Assembly (NCBI RefSeq): GCF_009914755.1
Contig: NC_060930.1
Source: the human T2T-CHM13v2.0 reference genome, Homo sapiens
DNA: 64,000 nt
Reading direction: 5' to 3' (one strand)
The notes under the pieces were generated by a model. The model did not search any database and was not told the DNA's origin. It saw nothing but the letters and a program-made list of their open reading frames with translations. Positions 35,071 through 47,844 of this stretch are shown in pieces. The number at the start of each line of letters is the position of its first letter. Position 1 is the stretch's first letter. Made by a program: the position numbers and the translations under genes.

Positions 35071-35692
35071 ATCATCTTCCTTGTCATCACCCTCATTCTC
35101 GAGAAGGTCCTGGAGCCCTTTCCTGTGAGTGGAAGTGTGGACTATCCACACTTTTGTTTTTGCTTTGCTATATAACTGGACACTATGGTGCCTGGACTGT
35201 AAAACTCAGTGGACTAATTTTTCACTTATGAAATGAAGACCATATTTTTTTTCATGGGAAAAGAAGATTTTGACATGTTAAAACTGGAGAAGAGAGTTGC
35301 ATGTACTTTGAAAGTAGAAACAGATTATTAGTAGAAGAGATTTCTTCATAGATAAACACAGGTAGATATTAACAATATTACAGTTTTTTGCTTTGATGAA
35401 TGATCTTTGCATATTCTTTTTATTTTTTTTATATAGGCAAGTTTAGCTTCTTAAGAGTAGTATCTTAGTTAACAGAACATGGTAGACATCTGATAAATAT
35501 CTGTTGAATAAGAGGCATTTTTATTTTTATATAATATGTAAACTTAATAAGTGATAATTAGGCTTAAAATAAATAGCCAATATCTATTTTTAATTAGTAA
35601 CAATTGATTATTTAAATATCAGCCCTTCTTAGCAGCGAGTTTACTGGGATATATTTTTACTAAAATTGTCTTAAAAAAATCTGTTTTTGCAG

Positions 35693-35801
35693 GTGGTTAT
35701 ACCCAGAAGCCCTTTCCAGGCCAAAGGACTTCTTTTGTCATGCATAGAGGATAAAAATCCTTGTATATTTTTTGAACCTAAAATACTTTACAGGGCAGCA
35801 G
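35693..35801 (+). CDS. BCKDHB: BCKDHB coding exon 6 (109 nt)
   Basis: tttttgcAG acceptor, CAG|GTAAAG donor. Translates [36 protein letters not shown], in frame with exon 5. Confidence 0.98.
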
Positions 35802-36642
35802 GTAAAGATTTTCTTTATTTTATATTTGTGAATATCTTTATATACTTTGTTTTTTATAGCTCTAAAAGTTATATCTTTTTTTTCTATATGGTTGATTTAT
35901 ATTTTCCTTGTAGAAAGAATCTTGATTTTTTTGGTATTTAGTTTGTCCTCAGGTGTAAATTTTATGTTTGGGAAAAATTCATCTAGCCATTTTATATTTT
36001 GATTGTGGAAACAAAGAGGAAATCTGAAGTGGTAGCAACAATAAAGGGACTATGTTTAACCACATAGTAGGTGCTTAGTAAATATGGATTGAACAGAAAA
36101 GTAAATGAGCTCATTTTACTAAATAGTATATGTTTCCTTTTAACTAAAGTGACCATAAAGGTCTTCCTTCATTTAAATCAGGATACCTTTGACTGTGAAG
36201 GAGGTGCTGTTAACAATTATGCTGTGCTGTCAGGTCTATGCTGGGATGACTGTGTAAAGCAAACTAAGGTGTTTGGTCATCCTCTTTTTAGCTCAAAATC
36301 CTGATTTTATAAACATACATCTGTGACTGCTAATTTCTTCACTGTAATGGAAATTTTAAATAGCAAATGATTTTTTTCTGTCTAAAGCATTTTAATCACT
36401 CCTGGAAGCTTCTTCCTCACTCTTCACAATGGATCCATTCTCCCTATGCCAAAAACAGCCACTTTCTGATTGCCATCAGATTAGGTGTACATGTGTTTGG
36501 GCTTCATATAAATCCATGCACACTGCATATGTTCTTTTGTGTTTGCTTTCTTTTACTCAACCTAATGCTTTTGAGATTCATTCATGTTTTTGCTTGTATC
36601 AGTAGTTTATTCACTTTTCTTTGCTGAGTAGTAGTCCATTGT

Positions 36643-36853
36643 ATGAATATCTGTTGTTCATTTCTATTACAATAATATTACAATTTTGTACAATATTAGA
36701 ACATTTCTACTTAGTAAGGAACATGGTCATTATATTGGATGAATATTCACTGTTCATTTCTATTACAATAATATCTTACAACTGTACAATATTAGAACAT
36801 TACTACTAAATAATGAACATTGTCATTACATCATACGAATATTCATTGTTCAT
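36643..36853. repeat. ~96-bp tandem repeat, about 2.2 copies
   Basis: Units start near 36643, 36739 and 36835 and share tgttcatttctattacaataatat and tgtacaatattagaacatt. Confidence 0.85.
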
Positions 36854-37867
36854 TGATAGTATTATTACTACTAAGTAATAATAATTTTTCTTGTTATTCT
36901 TATTTTTCTAAGTATTCTAGTTACTAAGGAAAGTAGCTTGGCCCTCTTCATCAAGGTAATTTTTTGTGAATAGTATTAGCATATTGCAACTATGTTTCTG
37001 GAGCCAGCCTGCCAATAAATGCTTCTTGGCTGTGGGGAAAAGAACACCCAAAAATCTGAGGCGTGTACAGTATTGTTTAATAAGTAGCATTTCATTGTAT
37101 GAATAGATCACAATTAATTCATGGCCCATGCAACTGGGCTTCTGTTTCAATGTATCCATTCCTCTGTGATGAGTTTTTCAAAGTGGATGTGTCATTTTAC
37201 ACTTTCATTGGAGATTTTTCAGAGTTCCTGTTGCTCTTAAGTTTAAAAACAGATTTTAAATTGACTCTAGATTTATATGGACTCTATTATAGTCTGTATC
37301 CCATTATGTAATAAAAATGAATGTAAGAATTTAAAATTTTGAAGTGAATAGGAAAATATCAATGATATATTGTGAATAGCTTTTTGATGAAAAGGATTTC
37401 TAATACTTTGGATATCCTGTGGCTATTATAGTTATAATGCCAGCCAGCTGTTATAGCCAATCAGTAAAGAAATTTTGCAGTATTTAATAAATGGCAACTG
37501 AGTAAGAAAGATTTGAAAAAGTAATATTTACTTTGCTGCAAATTTTGAAACCAGAATTGGTCAGGCAAATACATTTACAGGATTCTAGCTAAGAGAATGC
37601 ACTTGAAAAATTTGTCCTAGGCTTGGCCCTGGGAGAGATTATGAAAGACCCTGATGAGGTTCAGTATTCAAAAGGTTTCCAGAAATTTCCCCATGCTTGA
37701 TCATGTATCATTTCAAGGATTCTAACTCTGAATCCCTTCTTGACTCCCAGGGGCTCAATAGAGGTCACAGTGATATTGGCTCTTTCATAGCTAGAAAGCT
37801 TCTCTGCAGAAGAAATTAGGATAGGAAAAAAGGGCTAACCACCAAAGTCTTCATATTAGTCTTCTCT

Positions 37868-38055
37868 AGATGGTTGTCTAAGTTGTTCTCTGGGCCAGCA
37901 GAATAATCATCACTGCTAGCTTATTAGAAATGAAAATTGTCAGTTTTTATCCAAGACTTGCAGCATTAGAACCTCTGGGAGCAGAGCCCAGCTCTCTTTG
38001 TGTTAGTAGCCCTATAGATTATTCTGATCCATGCTCAAGTTTGCGAAACACTGCC
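37868..38055. mobile_element. MER5A fossil
   Basis: gcttattagaaatg...tattctgatccatgctcaagtttgcgaaacactg. Confidence 0.6.
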
Positions 38056-38775
38056 TGAGGTCAGTTCTGAAACAATAGCTGATGTTGCCTGTGTCCATTT
38101 ATCTTATTTTATTCTTAGTTCTTATATAGAGAGGATGCTTTTGACCTATGGTTTTCTTAGATTTGACCTCTGGTTCAGTATCACTATGACTATATTTTGG
38201 TTTCTACTTTTCCTTTTTTTTTTTTTTTGGATCTTCTGACCCTGATTCTGTAATTTTCTAGCCCTGTGTCTCAGATGTACTTTACACTGGTGGTGTAAAC
38301 TCCAAACATACAGTTGTTTGGAATGATATAAAAGGAATGGTGCATTGTGATTCAGCATTTGATTGAGGAGGCCTCTGGAAGACATTCTGTATTGAAGGAA
38401 TCAAAGAGACAGTTAAAAGAAGGTGCTTTACATTCATTTCAAAGACCAGAGCAGCCTGACAATTTCTAAGTGGTAGTATACTTGCAGTATCCATAAGTAA
38501 AAATTTAATAGATTGACTTTTTCCCCTACATCCCTTCTTTTTAAATTTCTTGTGTACATTTGGGAATAGTTAAAATTGAATGGATGAAAACACAAAATTG
38601 TACATTTAAAGTTTTTTAGAAGAGTTCATATTGGGACTCATAATGGTTCATGGATGGACTAATAAATATGGATGTAGAATTATTATAAATACTGGCTGAC
38701 ATTTATATAAAAATAATTGGGAGTTAATTGGGAGCTACATTTTTACATAATGGTCCATTAGGTTAATTATGCAGT

Positions 38776-39018
38776 ACTATCGTTCCTCAGTATACTCAGG
38801 GGATTTGTTCCAGCCCCTCTACCCCAATACCAAAATCCAGAGCATACTCAAGTCCCATGGCTGGCCTGTGGAACGTGCATGTACAAAAAGTTGGCCCTCC
38901 ATATATGTGCCTTTCATAGGCCATGAATGGTATATTTTCCACCCACATTTAGTTGAAAAAAATTTGCGTATAAGTGGACCCCTCCAGTTCAAACTGTGTT
39001 GTTCAAAGGTTAACTGTA
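38776..39018. mobile_element. Tigger2-family MITE (MER8-like)
   Basis: cgtataagtggacccctccagttcaaactgtgttgttcaaaggttaactgTA terminal repeat. Confidence 0.7.
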
Positions 39019-39065
39019 ATCTTAACCAAATGGAACATAGTCAAGTATAAGTAAGGATACAAAAA

Positions 39066-39261
39066 GAGGTAAGTGAATGCCAAAGCTGGGCTTTTTCCCT
39101 AAAGTTATCTTCCAGGTCCTGGACACATTGATCTTCTGCTTTGATGATTCTATAGGGCACTGAGGATGGGAGATAAAGTACAGAGCTCACTTTAGGTAGA
39201 GACTTTGCTAGGAGCCCTTGATTAAAGCCTGTGGGACCACATCTGCAGTGTGAGGTGCAAA
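39066..39261 (+). repeat. Copy 1 of a ~195-bp dispersed direct repeat
   Basis: Aligns end to end with 40785-40978. Confidence 0.95.
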
Positions 39262-39384
39262 CTTTGGAATAGTCTAAGGTAATATTTACAAAATCTATGC
39301 ATTTAAGACCTTGTATTTTATTTATGGAATGGTATCTTAAACACATAAATACATTTATGAATTATGTAATTCCATAAAGTTAGA

Positions 39385-39845
39385 TATGTTAAGTTATGCT
39401 AATATAAGGCCTCAAGTAATATGGAAATTTATTTATCTCTAATATAAATGTCTAAGTTGGCAGTCCAGGGCTAGTGTGATAGTTCCTCAGTCATCAAGGT
39501 ACCGGGCCTCTTCTCTCTGGTTACTGTGCTGTCTTCAACATGTAGTTTTCAGTTCCTGGTCCTAGGTAGCTGCACCAGCTCCCAATGCCACATATGTATT
39601 TCAGCTACCAGGAAGGGAGGAGGAGGAAAGGAAGGTATTCTCCTTCTCTTTAAAGAATAACTTGAAGATTGCACACATTAAATTTCGCTTCCCACGGGTC
39701 ACATCTAATCATATGGCCATGACCACACCTAACCACAGAAGAGGCTGAGAAAGCTAGTCTTTGGCTTAAGTGCCTAACTAAAAATGTTATTATTACACAA
39801 TGACAGGAAATGGATATTGAGGGACAACTACCAGTCTCTACCACA
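39385..39845. mobile_element. MaLR (MLT1-type) solo LTR
   Basis: ggcagtccagggctagtg...atatggccatgaccacacctaacc..gaggctgagaaagctagtct...ggatattgagggacaactaccagtctctaccaca. Confidence 0.6.
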
Positions 39846-40784
39846 ATTACTTGCATGGTTTCCAAAAGAAGCTATAAATTTTAAGGAGGGAAGAGATCTG
39901 TTTGAAATAATTCAGCTGTTTACCCTTTGACTCATAGTCCACTTCTAGGAATCCATTTTGGAGATACATTGGCAAAAATTTGAAGAAAATGTTACTGGTC
40001 ATTGCAGTGCCCTTTAAACGAACAAGAACTGGAAACAACACATTTGCCCATCACTAGAGGATTTTAGGTTAGTTGAATAAGCTAAGCTCCATCCATCTGA
40101 TGGGTTACACTGCATTGTTTAAAGGAAGGAGACAGATCTCTTTATATTGTGGTAATAGTCAGGGTTTGATTGGAGACCAAAACTAGAAGAAGCAAAACTG
40201 AAAGATATAAGAAATATATTCTAAGCATCTGACCATTTGCAGCTGTAAAAACTAGTTAAACAGTTTAAGAAAGATTGTTGCTTCTGTGTTTGATGCTATA
40301 ACCTGAAGTCCACGGGGAAGACTGTGAGGAAAGGAAGATGGAAATAAAGTAGGGGGGAACAAGAACAAAATAGAACTTGCTACAGTGGATTGGAACTTAG
40401 GTCCATCTCTCACCACCTCCAAGGCTTAGTGTAGGAAAAACGTTGGCTGCTAGGAGACCGGGTAGGCGGCTGTTTGAATAGCCTGTTTATATGATATCAT
40501 GGAGAAGGCCTGGATTAGCAGAAGGAAATGGGTTAGAAATTTTTTTAGATTATATGAAATATTTGGTGTCTAAATGAATTTAAGGAGGGGAAAGGAGAAG
40601 GAGGTGTTAAGAGTAAGTGTAGAATAAGATTTTCTTTTCTGGTATTAATGGAGGAATAGTAGATTAGATAACCTGAAATAAATGGTGTGTGATTGTGTGT
40701 GTGCTGATTTTAAATATATACTGAGCTGGCATGAAAATTAGAACGCTGCAGAGTTCAAAAGCAAAGTGGAGCTCAGAATTCTGG

Positions 40785-40978
40785 GAGGTAAGTGAATGCC
40801 AAAGCTGGCTTTTTCCTTATAGTCATCTTCCAGGTCCTGGACACATTTAACTTTTCTTTGATGATTCCATGGGGGCACTGAGGACAGGAGATAAAGTACA
40901 GAGCTCACTTTAGGTAGAGACTTTGCTAGGAGCCCTTGATTAAAGCCTGTGGGACCCATTCACAGTGTGAGGTGCAAA
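40785..40978 (+). repeat. Copy 2 of the ~195-bp dispersed direct repeat
   Basis: Aligns with 39066-39261; continues into an ancient L1M/HAL1-like 5' region. Confidence 0.95.
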
Positions 40979-41353
40979 GGTGGCAGGATGGAAACTTACC
41001 TGTCTTGCTCTATCCTCTTGGAGAAGAAAAAAAAAATCTCTTCTGAGAGTTTTTATCACAAGATGAACCTTACACAGGATTACAATTTGAGTATGTGCTA
41101 GTAGTGCGGTCTGAAAGCACTTAAGCAGATAATTAAAAGTGATTCTGTGTGGATGGTGTCCATGAAAACTGTTGGAAGGAAACAAAATCCTCTCTGGAGT
41201 CACTTCAACTTAGGTTAGCAACAACCCAGATACTCCCACAGATAAAGCTCCGAGTAAAAGATAGAATCCCTTTGAGCGGAAACAAGAAAAGGAAGCTATA
41301 AACCCATGTAGACTTTAAATATTAAAACTATTTTATAAGAAATGCAAAATGAA

Positions 41354-41635
41354 GGCCACGTGTGGTAGCTCATGCCTGTGATCCTAGCACTTTGGGAGGC
41401 TGAGGTGGGAGGATCGCTTGAGCCCAGGAGTTTGAGACCAGCCTGGGCAATATGGTAAAACCCTGTCTCTACACAAAAAATGCAAAATGTAGCCAGGTGT
41501 CATGGCATGCGCCTGTGGTCCTAGCTACTTGGAAAGCTGAGGTGGGAGGATCACCTGCGCCTGGGGAGGCTGAGGCTGCAGTGAGCCATGGTGGCACCAC
41601 TGCATTCTAGCCTGGATGACAGTGAGACCTTGTCT

Positions 41636-41666
<31 letters not shown>
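41354..41666 (+). mobile_element. AluJ-type with long A tail
   Basis: Full dimer and ~30-nt A tail. Confidence 0.93.
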
Positions 41667-41667
<1 letters not shown>

Positions 41668-43435
41668 CAAAACATGGGTTTCATATTAAAAAAAAGGAGA
41701 CACTTGAGAATACAAGAAGGTGACAAGCAAAGTTGAAGAAAAACAACAGAAGGTTTAAAAAGAAAAATATAATAAAAATCTCCAATGGTTTAAGCCCAGA
41801 AATTTATAAACAGATAACGGGGGAATTGATAAACTGGAAGATAAAACCAAAGCAATAACCAGAATATAATCTAGAGAGATAAAGAGAAAGGAAAGAGAGG
41901 TTGAATGTAGAGGGATACTGAGAAGGTCTAAATACATCTAAGGAAACAAACATGAGTGTTTTTCCTAATAATATTTATCAGCAAAATTTTGCTGATAAAA
42001 AAGTGATTCCCTGGCATATTTTTGCCATTTTGCCTCATCAGAACTAAACCAGTGCAGTAGGAAATATTTCAGGGAAGCATCAACTACTGCCTGCTTTTCC
42101 CTCCTGTAGTACTATCAAGGTAGAGATGTTATTTTCTCAAGTCTGGAGTAGTAGTCCATATATAATCTCTAAAATAAAGTAGGTAAAGGATACTAGGTAA
42201 AGGGTTCCTTAGGAAGCTAAAGGTAGGCATCAACAAGTTAACTTGTCAACTTTAAAAACAATTTACCTGTAGTGTATAATTTTAATCTGTATCCATATCA
42301 TTTATATTACTAAATCCTGTTTAAGAATGATTCACTTACAGAGGTAAATGCAAGGCTTTTGCTTATGGTTGCTGGGCAGAGCTCTCACTCACTGGTTAAC
42401 CTGGGCACCTCTGGGTTTCTTCTTTTCCTTGTAGAACATACTCTTTCCATGCTTACTGCCCTTATCTTACCCAATGTGGTTCTGAAGGGGCTGACAGTCA
42501 TCTCATCTGACCTGCATGATCTCAGGACATGGCCATGTGCCTCTATCTCAGCCATTCTGATTTCTTTTCTGGTATTTTCTACGTGGAGTCAGAGTTTAAC
42601 TTTCTATGGGTGGTTTGCCTGGGATGATGGGAGACTGGGGCTCCAAATTACTCTTACTCCTTTAATCTTCCTTTGATTAGTAAGCTTCTTTCACATCTCT
42701 CCATTTAATCTCATTTTAAGTTTAACATACTTTGAGTTTCAGTCTCCTGTAGATGTTACTAATAGGTAATTTTGACGAATACATAATCTTGGCTAGAGAA
42801 GAGATGCCTCTTTTAAGATGAAAATATCCTTCGTTAATAGCACAATAAACTGCAGCTGTCATGATTTAACACAGATACTTCTTTTGTCTTAATAGGTGAA
42901 GTAGGAACCCCCTCTATTTACTCATAATCATATTTCATAAGGTTGCTGAGAGGATTTAAGTGAGATTATCCATGTGTGTACCTGCCTAGTCTTTAAGTAC
43001 CATTAGAACACTTATGTGCTAGACGCTGGGCTATCTTGTGTAGACATGGGGACTATGTCATTTAATTCTCACAACCAGCATATCAGGTAAATTCTGTCAT
43101 TATTGCCATTTTATAGATGAGGAACCTAAGGATTAGGGAAATTAGACAACTTGCCCAAAGTCACACAACCAGGATTGGGCATGTTTGGCACAGATGGTGA
43201 CTTTTAAGAAACTTGCTCAAGCTCACAGAAATAATGAGCGATGGATTTAAGTTTTAAACCAAGACATTTTGACACCAGAGGCTGCCGTCTTTCTAATACT
43301 ACCCTATTTTGCATCCCACCTAATTATTATTGAATGGAGGACATAAATGAAATATAACTTCCTCCAGTGTCCTAGTTTCATGTCAGGAAATAGCTGTCTA
43401 GTTTTTAAAAGTTTCCCACATAATTAAAATGATCT

Positions 43436-43671
43436 TATTTTTTATTTTTTCGAGACAGGGTCTCCCTCTGTTACCCAGGATGGAGTGCAGTTGTGTGATC
43501 ACAGCTCATGGCATCCTCAAGCTCCTGGGCTCAGGTGATTCTCCCATCTCAGCCTTTGAAGCAGCTGGGACCACAGGCATGTGCCACCATGCCTTGCTAA
43601 TTTTCGTATTTCTCAATTTTTTTGAGTTTTTGAGAAACTCAATTTTTGAGTTTCTCCATGTTGCCCAGGCT
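43436..43671 (-). mobile_element. 5'-truncated AluJ-type
   Basis: Reverse Alu flanked on both sides by taaaatgatct. Confidence 0.85.
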
Positions 43672-43708
43672 GATAAAATGATCTACTTTTTAACTGAATG
43701 GAAATATA

Positions 43709-44043
43709 TACAGTTGGCGCTTTTTATCTGTGGGTTCCAGAGCCATAAGTTTAACCAACCATAGATTGAAAATATTTGAAAAAATAATTACACTGAACAT
43801 GTACAGGCCTTTTTTCTTGTCATTATTCTCTAAACAATACAGTATAGCAGCCATTTACATAGAATTTACATTGTATTAGGCATTATAAGTAATCTAGATA
43901 TGATTTTAAGGATAAGGGAGGTTGTGCATAGGTTCTATGCAAATCCTGTGCCATTTAGATCAGGGTTCTGAGCAGCTATGGATTTTTGTATCTTCAAGAA
44001 GTCCTGAACCAAACCCCCATGCATACCAAGGGATGACTGCACT
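43709..44043. mobile_element. MER2-like Tigger MITE
   Basis: TAcagttggcgctttttatctgtgggttcc left end and ccaagggatgactg right end. Confidence 0.75.
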
Positions 44044-44370
44044 ATTCATAGCCATGACTTAAGGTAGTACATCCCTATGTAGTATATAGTCCAAGGTTTG
44101 AATATATATATATTGCATTAATTTCTCCATTGGCATAGGATTAATTTGCTTCTTTGAAAGTTATAAAAACTACATGTCACAGTCTGGTCTGGTTACAGGT
44201 AGGGGGTTTGGGAACCTTTGCACCTTGTAATCATTAGTCATTAAGGGACCTAGTCATATGTCCCCAGATAGAGGCAAAGGCAGCTGGGAAATGTAGTCTT
44301 CCTGCATTTGGGCAAGAAGAGATGAGGTCGTTTGGCCCCTGTGCAGCATTGTGCCAGTCACAGTTCCTGT

Positions 44371-44430
44371 TGATCTCTCTGACTCCATCATTTCTGGGCC
44401 TGATCTCTCTGACTCCATCATTTCTGGGCC
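44371..44430. repeat. Perfect 30-bp tandem duplication
   Basis: tgatctctctgactccatcatttctgggcc occurs twice in succession. Confidence 0.97.
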
Positions 44431-45805
44431 TGTGCTCATAAACTGCTCTCTGTGCAAACCTCTGGGCTGTGGTGACTCTCCCACATGTCCAGCCTTTAGA
44501 AATGATTTCTTTCAATTCAACCATTAACTTTATAAATCGTACAGATGAAAATAAGTCATATATTCTTTATGCAGCAATTTTCTTGAATTTTATTTCTCCT
44601 TATTTTGAATATGCAATCAATATATATAAAACTTTAGGTTTCCTGAACATAGAAGGAGAAAGTAACCTAATAATATTTTCGATTTCCTGATTATTTATTG
44701 TAATTATGACATTTGAGTGCAATGAATCTTTTTAGAAATGGAGAAGGATGTTTAGAAAAGGTAGATAAGGCAGAAAAATCCAGCTGGTGTAAAAAATGTA
44801 CAAAATAGTGATGATTCAAAAAGAGTGAGTCAGTGTGACATTATCACATATAGGCATCTTGTGAAGAAGATATTCTTTAATGTCTTTTGGTTTTACTTAA
44901 TTGAATGACACATGACATCAGTGATATTGAATTAAATATGATTTTCATCTGTGATTCTTCTAGTGGGAAATCAAGACAGACTAAAAGACTAAAATCCTTG
45001 TATTGTTTGTCTTGTTTCTAGGATTTCTGGATAATCCAAAAATACGTAAAAATAGGACATAATGATATTGAGGAACTTTTTTAGCAGATGTACTAATTGT
45101 GTATGAATTCATATATTTTGAAGAGACGAACATTATTTAAAGTAGCTTTTTAATGGTAGAAGACTTAAAATATTTTTTGCCAAGTATCAGTGTACGTAAA
45201 GAGAGAAATTAATATTTTGTATTTTACATTAAGCAGATTAATTTGTGCGGGTTAGTATATTTAATGCTAGGTACACTCACAAGAGTAAGTTGGATCCATT
45301 AGTGGGAGAAATTGAATTCATTTGTTAGATTTTTAAATTAGTTTCTAAATTGAAATAATACACATAATTTAAAAAGTCAAATGATAGCTTCTAATAAAAA
45401 ATAGCAGTTCCTTACCTTACCCTTCACCAAATCCAAGCATCTTTCCCCACAGGCAACAACTTTCAACTCTTTTAGTTGAAAGAGTTGAACTCCAGACTTT
45501 AAGAAATGCATTTTATTTATAAATCATCCAGTCTTAGGTATTCTGTCCTAGCAAAACGAAGTGGACTAAGACAATTAGGTTTGCTAAATGTCAGCTGGAT
45601 CCTTAACTACAGTGAGGTAGTTCTGATACCCTCTTGAGTTTATTTAATTTCTTCTTTTTAAATTAAAAATGTATACAACTGCTGAAAATCAGATAATTTT
45701 ATTTTGTTGTACACAATATTATAATTAAGGCATTGGTTTACAATGGCTTACCTTATTTTCTTAAAAATATTTATTTTTCTCATTATAAAGGTAACACATA
45801 CTCTG

Positions 45806-46275
45806 ACTGTCAGCCATCGATGCTTAACAGGCCACTCCTGAAACTCAGTGGCTAAGTCAACAATGTTCTTTATATAGCTCATCTGCAGGTCAGCATTTAG
45901 GCCGGTCACAGCTCAGCAATTCTGGTCTTGTCTAGGCTTCCTCATAGGTCTATAGTCAGTTGTAGGTCAGGTGTGGGTTGGATTTGCTGATTTTAGTTGG
46001 GCTATTTCACCAGTTGTGGCTGATAGGCTTTGGTCTATCTGTCCCTTTATCACCCTGCGGGCTGGCTCAAGCTTGTTCACCTGGTGGAAGCAGAGGTTGT
46101 AAGGCCCTTGAAGCATAGGCTTGGAGTTGACATACTGTCACTTCTGCCATAGTATGTTGGCCAAAATAAGTCACAAAGTCAGCCCAAGTTGAAGAGGAGG
46201 ACAAATAGACACCATCTCTTCATGGGAAAAGATGCCTACTCATATTGCAGAAGGGTGTGAATACAGGGAGATTTG
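45806..46275. mobile_element. MaLR (MLT1-type) solo LTR
   Basis: aaactcagtggctaag...tcacttctgccatagtatgttggccaaaataagtcacaaag..cagccca. Confidence 0.7.
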
Positions 46276-47844
46276 GATTCTGTCTATTGCTTAATCTTTT
46301 ATATATGTTTGTACTGAAAAGTACAAACAAAGATAAAAGGAACTCATAAGTCCATCCTCTAACTACTGTTGACTTTTTGTTTTATATACTGTAAGACTGT
46401 TTTATCTATACTTTTAAACGTATATTATTAATTTATTTCAGTTTCCATTTGATTACAAGTCATGTTTGTTTATTTCATATTTCTTCTATGAAGTGGTCAA
46501 GTAGATTTCTATTTTGTTCTTAAAATCGCATGGTAGCATTTCTTGTAAATCTACAGTTCCAGATATCTAAAGCCGGCAGGACTTCAGCTAATAGGCAATT
46601 ATTCTATTTTGTGATGAGAAGGCCCTGACTTAGTATTGAGTAGCAGGAAGAATCAAAAGGTGTTCAGTCAACTGACAGTGCAATTGCCTTTGAATTTGTT
46701 TGTATATCTTCTGTGACTGAGTTAATAAACTGAACTATTCATGGAATAGGACCCAGTGGGATTTTCTTATGCTATGGTATATTTTTAATATTATTCACTT
46801 TTCAGGCTAAGTTTGACCGTAAGCAGATATCTATTTTTGATCATTAGCTTTAAGGTATTTACATTCTCAATGACTAAGCTTAAGCTATGTGGTAGAGTGA
46901 TTTATTTTTGTTCCTGAATAAAATTTTAATACCATGAGTCATGTGTTTTCTTTGTAAAAAGTTCCAGCATCACAGAACTATATAGCATAATATAGTGAAA
47001 GTTCCCTTTTCCTACTGGCTCACTTTGAACTCCTTTCCTTAAGCCTTTTTCTGTGCTTTTATATTTACATACATATGTGAATATATAGAATACATTTACT
47101 TCCATGTAAACAGATTTTGTATGTGTAACATAAAAATATTGTATTATAAACATTGTTTTGTAACTTGCTTTGCAAATTATTTTCTATCCATTTAGTCAAG
47201 TATGTGAGTGTATAAAATGTACACACACAAATAATACAAATAAGAGCATGTTACAAATATTGTATAACTTGCTTTTTTTACCAATATATTTTTGATATAT
47301 TTCTGTATCTATTCACATAGGCTTAGCTGGTTTTTATATTCATAAAACCGTATTCATTTTATAGTCATAAAATTTCTTCACATGTACCTTCACATGTATC
47401 CTTTCCCTATTATGGAACAACGAATTGTTTCTAAATTCTGGTTATTTTAAAAAATGTTGAAGAAAACATCTCTGCTTGTATATATATGTGTATGTAGAAG
47501 AAGAAAATTACGCTTGTGTTCTTTATTGTAAATATTCTACAACCTGTATCTCTTAATCCCTTTCTTGCTTTCTCTAAGCCCCATATATTCAATTTAGCCC
47601 TGAGTAATGCATGATTGACGAAGCCAGATGCTGTGTGTCTAAACAGCAGTTAATGAAAAACTATGGAAGGATAGGGAATCATTACCACAGGTACTGTGGG
47701 GCGGCAAGACTCAATAAAGTAACTGTTACTAAAATCTAAAAATGAAAACAGGAAATATTTGTCAGACATTTAACTTGGCAATTGTAAGAGTGAAAACCTT
47801 GTGTTTTTATTCACTTGTGTATCAGAATTTGCCGTTTTTTAATT

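Noticed and set aside
35802-35941. In-frame read-through of exon 6 into intron 6
   Set aside because: T-rich low-complexity translation after a valid GT donor; nothing supports intron retention.
39142-39163. C/D-box snoRNA in the duplicated segment (TGATGA...CTGA)
   Set aside because: The boxes are only ~12 nt apart and there is no terminal stem.
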